A DNA stretch of 64,000 nt. It comes from Zygnema circumcarinatum SAG 698-1b (lineage: Eukaryota; Plantae; Zygnematophyceae). The notes below the pieces were generated by a model. That model saw only the letters and a program-made list of their open reading frames with translations. It was not told the DNA's origin and ran no database searches. The DNA lies in the NCBI GenBank assembly GCA_037447605.1, contig CM074820.1, positions 1,116,001 to 1,180,000 on the forward strand. The letters are read 5' to 3'. The first letter of the stretch is position 1, and every line of letters starts with the position of its first letter. This document shows, piece by piece, positions 10,114 through 20,610 of this stretch. The translations under genes were made by a program, and so were the position numbers.

Positions 10114-12637
10114 ATGCGCGCCTGGATTCTGGCCGTGATTCTATCAGCGGCTGCGGTGATAAAGGCAGTTGCAAATGATGGTATATTCGTGCTACTCGCC
10201 AATATGCAGCAGGAGAGAGATAGGAGTAGGATAAATGAAGTGGGAGGAGGTTAACAAGGAGAAGGAACGGGTCAGGGAGATAGGTAGGGTGTGTGAGACA
10301 GGGAAATATATAAAGGCTGACAAAGGGCGGGAGAAAGAGAGTGAGAAAACTAAGAATGTTCCGCTCTCCCTTTGTTCCTTACCACCCTTTTCCCGCATTT
10401 TCCCCGCCTGATAGATGTTCTGTGTGGCCATGGCGTGTTTGCTGCAGGCTCAGCACAGGACTTGAAGGGCATGCGGGATGAGCTCCTGCTCGCCGTGAAG
10501 ATGCCGGAAGAGTCGCAGAAGGCACTCCTGAAAGCTATGGGGACGGGGCTGGTGCTATCCAATCAGTGGGAGTGCAACCTCTTTGGAGGGACCTCCTCCT
10601 GCGTTGAACTTCCCTCCGATTCGGCGCTGGCTCGCACGTGCGGAGGACGCCGAAGGACCGTGGACTGCGCCTTCAAGGGGGAGGCCTTGGAAGAGATGGC
10701 AGACGATCCGCAGGAGAGAATGCGCGAAAAGCTCGCAAAAGAAGGTGAGCAGTTCAACTGAGTTCGGAGAGATGGCAGGATTTTTCTTGCATTAGGTCTC
10801 CTCTGCAGCTGCTGATGCTGCTGCGGTTGCTGTTGCTGTCTCCCTGGGAGACATTTTTTGATGGAAGGTAGGCTCACAAGCAGGCTGCTTTCTTGCACCA
10901 GGGTAAGTTCTTGGCAGGATGCGGTTGTTTTTGTGGTTCTTTTGGCTTGGCAGAATCCTTGGGAGAGAGGGTTTGGATGCTTGAGTGCAAGTGATGTGCC
11001 GCTTTTTTTGTAACGATTGCAGCTGAGTTTGAGGGGGCGAGTGGTTGGTGACAGGCTATCCGCCATGCGAGCAGTGCTTTGATGCGTTGCATGCATTCTG
11101 GTGCGGACAAACAGCTCCCACTTGCGGCACATTCGAGGAGGTGCTCGACGAAGTATTGGTGAGGGCTTCCGCTTTCGAGGATTAAGTAGGCAGCTTGTTA
11201 GGGTTGGTTCAGGAGGGAGGGTGCAAGGTATGCCGAACACGAAAAACTGTAGCCGTACTGTCGACTGCTGGCATACAGCCTGTTCAACGGCAATGTCTGG
11301 GGTTTCTGAACTGATCTTGGATGGAGTTGTTAAGTTTTTAGGTTTTTGTTCCGACAGTGAAGCCATGGCTAAAGAATTTTACATAGTGAAGGCATTTGAT
11401 AATTAAAAAGCATATGAAGACAGGGTCTTGGTTATCCACCAAATCATGACATCGTTCTGCCAATGTTTGAGAAGTGGTTAGGGAATGAGGTTTGTAGGCA
11501 GCTGTTAAGACCATGGAAAGAACGATGCTTGTCGGCATTGACGAATAATGTGGGCCGTCTTCGTTCAGAGTAAGAAATTAGAGGAGAAAACGATGCCCGG
11601 TAGTATTAGTGGCTCGTTCTGCCGCTAATAAGCTGGGTTACAGCAGCGTCATATTGATAAGAAGAGATTGCTTGTACTGTGTGGGTGCAGCCAGCCATCA
11701 GTAATTTGGCAAATCAGAAGGTCTCTCCTGGAGACGCCCTTGGATCTGCATTTCCCAAAATACTCCAAGCATTCAGCTTGGGACTGCCCTGCCGGGAGAT
11801 GTGTGAGGCTGTCACCTCAACCTGCGGTTGCGGCCATTCAACAACTGTAGGACAGGTAGAAGACATACATGGAACTTGAAGCAAATTCACAAATTCTTTG
11901 CTCCAAAACTATCATCGTTGCATGCCCCTTTGCAGCATTTCCTGTACATTCAGATGTAATCGAGAAAGAAGTCACCGGAGCTGGAATGTCTTGCAGGTGT
12001 TGACTAGCCTGGACAAGGAGAAAGTACATGGAAATGTTTTAGGGTACAGCACGAATATGTCAGCCGTTACAGAGCACCAGTTGTTCGTCTCAGTATGGAA
12101 CCAGCCTGTCTGCAATCTGTTCGCTCCAAAAAGCATGCCCGGCTTTATCGGCGTCTGTGATGTACCTCCGACTCCTGTATCAAGATGCGGTTGGTGCAAA
12201 AGCAAGCAGGGGCCCTCCGATGCTGACGAGCAGATAGTCGCTCAGGTGGCCCAGTCCATGTCAGGCATGATGCAGGTACGCTCTTTCCCACCGTCCCCGC
12301 CCAAATAAACACTGTAAACTCCTTTCTAAAGTATATCATGGCTTGATATAGGCTTCTCAGTTTTCTGTTGTAAAAAAATGTGCAGGCCGGATTGGAACGT
12401 GTAATGGACGCTGCAAGCAGCGGGCGGTTCTCTCGAGCCAAGCATTGGGACTGGAATGACGAGGAGCAGAAGCCGGCTCCTCACCACAGCGGGTGGTGGG
12501 TGGCCCTCGTGCTCTTCCTATTGGTGGGAGGCGGTGGGGCAGCAGTGGCAGGGGTGTGGTTCTATCAGAAGAGGAGACACGCGCCTTCCCAATACGTGCA
12601 CCTTGACAACATGGGCTATGACCCCCCCGTACTGTAA
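10114..12637 (+). CDS. Uncharacterised ~398-aa type I membrane protein with a Frizzled-like cysteine-rich ectodomain
   Basis: Six exons, all GT-AG and in frame: 10114-10180, 10415-10744, 11055-11158, 11691-11855, 11997-12275, 12386-12637 (1197 nt). Signal peptide MRAWILAVILSAAAVIKAVA; Cys motifs CEQCFDALHAFWCGQTAPTC, PCREMCEAVTSTC, WNQPVCNLF; TM helix WWVALVLFLLVGGGGAAVAGVWFY; tail QKRRHAPSQYVHLDNMGYDPPVL. Confidence 0.8.
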
Positions 12638-13117
12638 TGGGATGCCCATGGAGATGTCTATGGGATGCATTTTCTACCTTATTTCTTCAATATAGAGAGT
12701 CTCGAGACACCTTTTAGGGTGCATGGCAGTCTGTGTTAGTCGGAAGGACGACTTTGTGTTTGAAAGGGACGTTCATTCAGTGGGTTGCACTCGTTCCTTC
12801 ACTGGCGGCTTCTCCTCCTTCCCCTTGTAGCGGCGATGTACATTTTAATAACGTTACAAGGCGGCTAGTTTATTGGTTATGGGGGATTAGCATGTGAGGA
12901 CAAATCATGATGTTGTTATTAGCCCAATGGTAAGCACACTTTCATCGTTGCGGATGTTTTCTAGTTATGCACATCTGTTGTGCCACTGCATTAGAAACGC
13001 AAAAACCACGAGAAAAGAAACAACAGTGCAAGATAAGAACCACACCAAACCGACATATGCTCTATAAACTTTGCCCTGTTAAATTACGTTGTCCATTCCG
13101 TAACAAAAGAGCTGTAA

Positions 13118-16100
13118 TCACAACACGTGGAGCAGCAGGTTGCTGAGGTATTCGCCCTCAGGGTACCCCAAATCCAGCGGATGGTCCGGCCCCGCCTGCG
13201 CCTTCCGCACAAGTCGGATTCTCCGCTTACTCAGCGCAGCAGCCTCCTGCACCCACATCAACATCAGAATCAACATCAACATTTTCTACCTCCTTTCACA
13301 TTTCTTCCTTCACTTCACTTCCTTGGATAGCGCAGCAAACCCTAGTGAGACACCAACTTAATAGGGCAAGGGAAGCCCTTCATCTATCACTACATGCAGG
13401 CTGAATTCTTTAGGCACGTCCGCTGCCCCTCTCCCCCGTCCGTGCACGGAATTGCTGACCTGCACAATGTTAGGCAGAAGGCCGGCTTGGGCCACTGCCC
13501 CTGAGCAGGAGCATGTCATGAGGAGGCCCCCAGGGGCGACCAGTGCCATGGCCTGCGCGTTGAGCCGCCGGTAGCGCACCGCTGCTCTTTGCAGCACCTG
13601 CACAGCTTGCTCGCTGGGTCAACGTTCCGCTGATTGTTGAAAACAGCTTCAAACAAGAAGCCTCCATTTGAAAAGGCACTAATGAACAATCACAAGTTGG
13701 GGTGAATGTTTACCGGAACTAACTAGAAAAAATGATTTGTCAATGATCTGGATTGCATGGAGTGGATGAATTTTGCTGTTCAGAGAAAGGAAATGGATTT
13801 CCAACGAAGGAGAGACATTTAGTGAAACTGCGTAGCTGAAAGCAGCAAAATCCGCACAATGTGCGACTGAGGCAACCTCGTTCCTGTCACTTTTCAGCCA
13901 CTTTGATGCCATAGTGCATGGCAAGTGCACTTGCCATGCATTATGGCTTGCATTATGACTTATGCATTATGCATTGGGAAAAGAGTGAACCTTGCGATTA
14001 GGAGCCAGCTTTGGGGGGTCCAGCACTACCACATCCCATGAGCGCCCACTTGAGTTTGCCTCTCGCATAAAGTCAGAGATGTCTGCTTGCACGAACCGGC
14101 ATGCAGCAGGATCAACTCCATTCAACGCAGCGTTTCGGGTGGCAAGCTGCACTGCAGGGCGGGAAGAATCAACACCTGCAAAAGCATAGAAAACTGCAAA
14201 TTCAAGACAGATATATCCACAAGCTTCCATTCACCACAGCTGCAGCAACTCGCCTACGGTTAAACCCAGCAAGACATTTCTGGGAAACAAAAGGGGCTGA
14301 ACTACCCTGTATCTACCATTTCAGGCCTCCCTCACCCCTCCTCTCTCACGGCAATCTACAACACAAGCTACATTCAGACACTCCACTCTAACCCCCACAC
14401 CTGCCTCTTTCTCTACCTGTGAACGGATCGACCAAGACAAGGACCTATAGATGGGATTTCTGAATCCAAAAATGATGCGAAAAACCCACCTGTTACATCC
14501 CTTGCTCCTGCTCTCGCAGAGCTGATTGCAAAGCCTCCACTGTAACAGCAAAGGTCGAGAACTGTCTTTCCTCGACACAGTTCAGCGAGGAAATTACGGC
14601 TTTCTCTTTGATCAGCATAGAACCCCGTTTTCTGCCCATCTAGAGCAGCCCAATAACGAATTCCATTTTCTAACACCTGCATAACCACCTCCGGTTTTTC
14701 CATCATTGCAAGCATTTCATGGCTCAGCCATAGCAGTTGTCCTGCACAGTGAAGGGCAGGCATCATCCAAGCGGTGGATGACTTGCAGCTTAGGAGAAGA
14801 GTACTCGGAGCGTTCAAAAACGTGTGAATAACTCCCGAATATCGGGAAAAAAACCACAAATAACAAGTGGAACAGGGCTATTGGATGAAAAGAAGCGGTC
14901 AGAGCATGTCTTAAGAAGGAAAAGGGATTTACCTCCACCTCGCGTATATCATTTGAGTCATCTTCATTTGCAATTGAAGAGCCATTCGACTCTTCAAGTT
15001 CAATGCCCTCTTCTCGGAGCATATCACGGGATGGCCGCCATATGAGAGTCGAGCAAAAGGGTGCCTCCTTCAACACAGCAGCGCTAATTTCCGACTTGTA
15101 CCGTTCCGCCCATGCAGCCGATGAGGCCACCACAACATGTGAGCCCAATACGTCCGCAATGATGCCAGAGAGCCTGAGAAGCACCATCCCGGAAAAACAA
15201 AGTGTTATTTAGGTCAAAAATCGAACTGTTCTAGGGGACAGTAAGGCGAATGTGTACAATGTGTACAATACCATTCAAAAAGGCGAAGAAGGTACACGAA
15301 AACACCCTCAAAACCTTTGCCAATCCTTTAAGACTGTCGCTTTGGCTTTCATATGTGTTCTGGAACAAACAATATCAAAGCTCTAACTATGACGAGATGT
15401 TCAGGAAACGGGAATGTCACCCTTAATGTCATATCCACCGGTTTGGTTATCTCCCATCCCCCAAGGATCAGATGTCCATTCAATGCCAATGCCAAGGTCC
15501 ACTGGTTCATCGTTCCCAAAGAATCATCGACTAAACTTCCTTATGTTCCTATATTTCAAATAATCTAACACTTCCGTGAGCACAACAATTTCAGGCTCAG
15601 CCTCGTGTTACATGCCTATCACCTTCACTGTTGATCAATCGAAACACATCGGTCTTCCCGGCACTCGGAAGCCCCAAGCTTCGCCTCAACGCTACAGCCT
15701 CCTGTATGCGCGCCACCACCAGCTGCTGCAAATTCAGCCAACATTCCGGTTCCCTGCACATTCCAAGTCATCAAACAGTCGGAACCCATGCCTCAAATGA
15801 TATGTTCCCATGAGTTCCAAAGCCCTAGCGTCAGCCATTGATTCATAATGCAATGGGCGAATGATTTCCACCAATACAGCATCCTTGCACCCATAGACGC
15901 ACCTTTTCATCTCCTCCGCAGTCTGCATGATCCTGACACGGTACATTGAAGCAGGATTGAAGACTCCCCAGCCTACTGCCTGCTCTGCGCCATCTTCAAC
16001 GACCACCACGTCCCCAGTTTGAGGTTGTGGTCTGCCGACGACCCGATCAATTGCCCCGCTGTAGACAATGGGGCTGCCATGGCGGAACAAGTGAGCCTTC

Positions 16101-16469
16101 CCTTTCTTCAGTACTACTCGCGCATTTCCTGCATCCATCATCCACCAAACCTTACTCATCTGCAACCACCCACTTCTGGAAGAGCAAACCTTACTTCAAC
16201 TGCAGTCTGTACGCCAAATCTGCAGAACATAGGGTACTAATATTCTATCTCATTTTTGTACTGAAGTGGAAATCCTGAAAATTGTAACCTCCAACTTTAA
16301 ATCAGACAAAGTCCTTACCTTTTTTTTTCTCCGTCGGAGCCTCAGCAATGGCATCAACGCTTGCAAAAACCTGCCGGCCATGGCGGATGTGGCGAGAGAA
16401 CCGCCTGCAAGGAGAAGGGCGCAGAGGGAAGCGAGGAAGGCGGAGGCAGGAGCTGCTCAGGGAGAACAT
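13118..16469 (-). CDS. Organelle-targeted RlmI-like (PUA + class I SAM-dependent) RNA methyltransferase
   Basis: N-terminal Ser/Arg-rich transit-like exon ([18 protein letters not shown]). PUA segment [14 protein letters not shown]; [14 protein letters not shown]; [11 protein letters not shown] (motif I); [12 protein letters not shown]; LLMTCSCS; last exon [17 protein letters not shown], stop at 13118-13120. Confidence 0.87.
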
Positions 16470-16474
16470 GACGT

Positions 16475-16483
16475 AAACCCTAA
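16475..16483 (+). promoter_or_regulatory. Telo-box (AAACCCTAA) immediately 5' of the RlmI-like start codon
   Basis: AAACCCTAA lies 5 nt upstream of the ATG. Telo-boxes are established leader/promoter elements of plant translation-related genes. Similar AAACCCTA at 1123 and near 61377. Confidence 0.45.
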
Positions 16484-17322
16484 AGGTGACGTCAGCCCTA
16501 ACCCTCGCGGCGTACCCAGTGCGGCGAGGGACGCGAGGGCCCTCTCTTGGCGACGTTCCGACGTTCTATGTCTATGTTCGCTGTTCCGTTTGTCCCGTTT
16601 TTGAACGGGTAGTGCGACACGTACATTGAATGAATCGAAGGCTGGCGTCTCTCCAGATCCGAATCGGACGGTTCAGGTGAGGCGAAAGGAACAAAGCGAA
16701 TCCGACGGTTGCGATGATAGTGGTGCGCAGAGCCAAGATTTGTAAATGGCCGCACAGCCAAAAGGCTATGGGCGCCTCCTCCTTTCTTCATACATTAGCG
16801 ACATGGCGGCGCGGAAGGAAGTGGAAACTGTGCAAATCTTTTATCTCATGGGGCGCTCCTTTTTCGCATGCATTGCCCCTTGAAAACGACAATTCCGTCA
16901 AGAGCAAAAGACTGGCAGCAAAAGAAGACTTTTTCCAGTGCAAAAATAAAGAAGCAAGGGGCCTTATTACAGGTGAAGCCCACTCATTTCGTGGTAAAAA
17001 AATTGTCTTGTGACGAGGCAGCATGCCCATGGGCCCTAGGAGATCTCATCGCATGCATGTCAGCACAGGTTTAAAATCGAAGCTATGGGTGGTATTCCAT
17101 GTGGAACGTCCAAAGCTTGCTTTCCACGCTAACGAACACTGACTGACATGGAACTGCAGAAGCTTCTACAGCTGTGAACATGGCCACCTTTGTGACTGTC
17201 AATTAAGAGTTGATCTCCAAGAAAGTCCTGAGAAAGAGGAGCACAAGGAGGCCCCAAAAAAACTGATGTGGCTGTTTAAGAATTGAAAACGAGCTGTCCC
17301 CTTCCTGAGTGAGGCCGCCCCT

Positions 17323-18993
17323 TCATCCGACCTTTCTTATGAGGAGGTAGAGGCGCTGGTCCAATTCCAGATCCTTCACATTGGAGCCCTCCCCACTGAG
17401 CTTCATGAGCAACCCTCCGAAGGAGATATAGATTTCTCTGAGTCACCAGTCAAGGCACAGGCTACAAATACAGAGAAATACAAATGAAGGAACTCACATT
17501 ACAGGTGGGAAATTAGTTTAACAGTACATACATGCAGCTATTGGATAAGTTCAGGCTGTCACTTATATGGATGCCTCTAAGTAAATGTGTTCCACAGAGA
17601 AGGATGTGTAAGAGAGACAAAGAGCGAGCCTTCAGAAGGAAATCATGGTTAGAAGAAGGATACACTCTTTGGCCCCCTCTTGCTTCGTCATCGTTGTACT
17701 TGTATAGTTTCCCGTGCATCACATACTCAAACTTGTCCATCAGCGACTTCCTTCCACTCTGCATTACCCCCCCAGTCAAGGTGGGCGAGTGAGCATAACC
17801 TGTGGTTTGCCTAACGGCCGTTACTGACACACAATCAGACTAACAACCAAGTTTATTGGTGTAGCTCAATCGTAAACAACCGGTTTTGACGTGAAACGCA
17901 TGCAATTGTCGGAACTGAACGAGGATAGCGTAAACAGCTGCTTACCTCCTTCACGATAGGAAGAAAACAAAGAGAGAGAGAGCGAGAGGGGGACAGAGAG
18001 AATAGGCATGTAGCCCAAGGGAGGACAGTCAGTGTGGTATACATGTATGCTAAGGAGAGTTTCACAACATCCCGAGGGTGCGAAGGAGTGCACCTGGTCA
18101 AACACACCTTCATCCGGAGTCCCATCCAGGCTCAGAGTGGGGGCAAGTGCTAATGTGAACTTCTCTCCCACGGCCATCGGATATATCTCCGTATTGACAT
18201 CCAGCACAATATCCATGTCGAACTGCTCGCTGTGAGCCTCAATGCGCGACACTGCAACCCGCAATACAAGGGGAGGGTTTGCAATTCGGATGCAAAGAAC
18301 CCCACAAACTCTACGCGCCTTTCCTGATCAAGAATCTTCACTTAAGGGCTTGCCAAAAAAAAAACCTTATGAAAATCTACTAATTTCAAGGCTTGCGTTA
18401 CATAAAACCGCGTGCATTCGATAGCTCTAAATTGATGCTGAGAATCCTATATATCCTAAATAACATTTTCGCTCCTCGCCTGCACACTGCTAGGTTAATT
18501 TAAAGAAACGCTGACACATAAGCTGTAGTATACGTAGAGATGCTGCCACCCAAGTTTGATGTCTGAATGATCATCATTGAGCAGACAAAAATCATTTGCA
18601 AATGACAAAGGAAAAGGAGCAGATTGTCTTTGCCCTATCTCACGCAGAAGCGGCCGACACAGTCGTATAAGAAAATTCTGCATAAAATTTTACTATTCTA
18701 TGAGAAAACATCTATGTACCGCGATTCCTGCAACCTCCATCGATTGAAAGCCATTAAACCCTCTCAATAACTGACTTCAATACTGCTTCGGGGCCTGCTC
18801 ACCTGTCCTGAACCCCATTGTGCTCGAACAGATTAAAGAGGCTGCAAGATGAAGGAGAGGAAAAAGTGAAATTGAGAAGACAGAGAGAGGGGGGCAGGGG
18901 AGCCGACCGCAAGGCACCTTTGTCAAATTTCTTCCCCCCTCTGTCCATCTCCGCCAATGTGAAAATGTCCTCGAAGTAGACCCTCTCCCCCAT
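17323..18993 (-). CDS. RPB8: DNA-directed RNA polymerases I/II/III subunit RPABC3 (RPB8)
   Basis: [11 protein letters not shown]...KKFDK; [25 protein letters not shown]; [16 protein letters not shown]; [15 protein letters not shown]...[15 protein letters not shown]; four in-frame exons. Confidence 0.95.
17438..17663 (-). other. U12-type (minor spliceosome) GT-AG intron in RPB8
   Basis: Donor GTATCCTTC; branch-point-like GCCTTGAC about 11 nt before the 3' AG, with no polypyrimidine tract; splicing restores the frame ([11 protein letters not shown]). Confidence 0.8.
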
Positions 18994-19032
18994 GGCACCT
19001 GGCGGCGCGCTGCCCCTGCAAGGCCCTTTCTC

Positions 19033-19133
<101 letters not shown>

Positions 19134-19631
19134 TGGAGAGCGAGAGAGAGAGGGAGGGCGGGCACAGCTGAACCACAGAAGCAGAGGTTGGGGGTACGGA
19201 ATGGCGAGAACATGGGCACAATCCGAGTTCCGTGTCCACCCCCCCCCGGGCACGCGCAATGGTGCCAACCATTAGTACCCAATGGGTTGCAAGTACAGTA
19301 TGTTGGCAACCATTGGAACGCCAACCATTGCCATCCATCCACCCGTCACAACATGGCCATTGCCATGGGCTGAGGGAGCAGGCGGGCACATGTTGCCTCT
19401 GTTCCGTTGGGAGGGACGGGCGGGCGCGAGGGCGAGCATGGAACGGAACGGGTCGCGCCCGGTCGGTCGGTCGATCGGACGGCCCCCGATCGTCGCACGC
19501 GCGGGGGCGACGGCGCAGATCGGCCGGTTAGCGCACAGGCCGGGATAGAAGTGAATTGGATACAAGGGGTTGGATAAGAAGTGTAGGCCCCTACAGAAGC
19601 ATCTGCTGTATTTTGCGTCGTTTTTGTTCGT

Positions 19632-19700
19632 CCCTCGTGGTTCCCCATGCTGCTTTTGTCCATGTATATTTGATGACCTCTCGTGAGATTAATGCCACTT
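19632..19700 (-). repeat. ~70-bp dispersed repeat, copy A
   Basis: Reverse complement reads GTGGCATTAATCTCACGAGAGGTCATCAAATATACATGGACAAAAGCAGCATGGGGAACCACGAGGG, similar to 52008..52082 and 61987..62057. Confidence 0.75.
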
Positions 19701-19967
19701 TCTCGCGTTTTGTTCTGATTTGAAAAATGAAGTGTCAATTGACAGGCTTTGCAGCGGTCCAGAATCCTTGAGTCCACGTAGAGGAAAAACCCGTGCAAGC
19801 TGTAGTTTTGTTGACTTAAAATGCCGTATTTTAGACAAAAAAGTGTTCTTTTTGTTGTCTTGCTCTTTATGGCATGGTGGTAATAGAGCAGCTGATAATG
19901 TTGATGATGATGATGATCAGGGGGTTAATGTCAGCGATTTGGGCTTACAGTTTTACACTAACTATTA

Positions 19968-20100
19968 GGGGGTGTCAGACTTAAAAAATTATCGTAAGTT
20001 TGAGACCAGAACGAGTACTTCGGTGACATCGCAATCCTGGTGCGGCGGAGTACTTGCAAAACTTTTTTGTTTGTAAGATTTCGTTAAGTCTGACACCCCC
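19968..20100. mobile_element. 133-bp MITE with 17-bp TIRs and TA target-site duplication
   Basis: GGGGGTGTCAGACTTAA (19968..19984) / TTAAGTCTGACACCCCC (20084..20100), flanked by TA at 19966-67 and 20101-02. Confidence 0.8.
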
Positions 20101-20610
20101 TATTGGCAATGGTTGGTTGGGTCGCCAGCCAATGGTTGCAACCAAATACATTGGACCGTGCCTGGACATGCAGGACTGATGTGAATATGTCACTCATGAC
20201 CTATAGATGGGAAAAAGGCTCTGACTCGGCTTGATTCATTCACTTGAGAATCTCCGTATTCGTCTAATTATTTATTCACCTATGGGCAATAGAGGGTCCA
20301 ATCCATGTTTTCCCAAAGCCAGGAGGTATCCAGAATGCTTTCCCAGGGCTGCATGCAATCCATAGCTGACCAGTGCCAAAGTAAACCACCGGGAGAAGCC
20401 TTCTCTGATGTACTCCAATTTCCAGAATGCTGGTTTTCATGGGCAAAAAAAGAATGAAAGACAAATCATTTTTTTTTCACCTATGGTGTCTATATAAGCC
20501 TCTCTGCCCCTCCTCCTACTTACTAGCTTCTCAGTCTAATGGCGGGGCACCATACAATCCTGCAACCTAAGCTGCTTAACAACAAGAATTCTGTACAGTA
20601 AGAGAAAGCT

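Noticed and set aside
10819-10867. Candidate extra exon in the FZ-like gene (CAG|CTGCTG...GGAAG|GT)
   Set aside because: It gives a stop codon in the phase required by the preceding exon, and the model is in frame without it.
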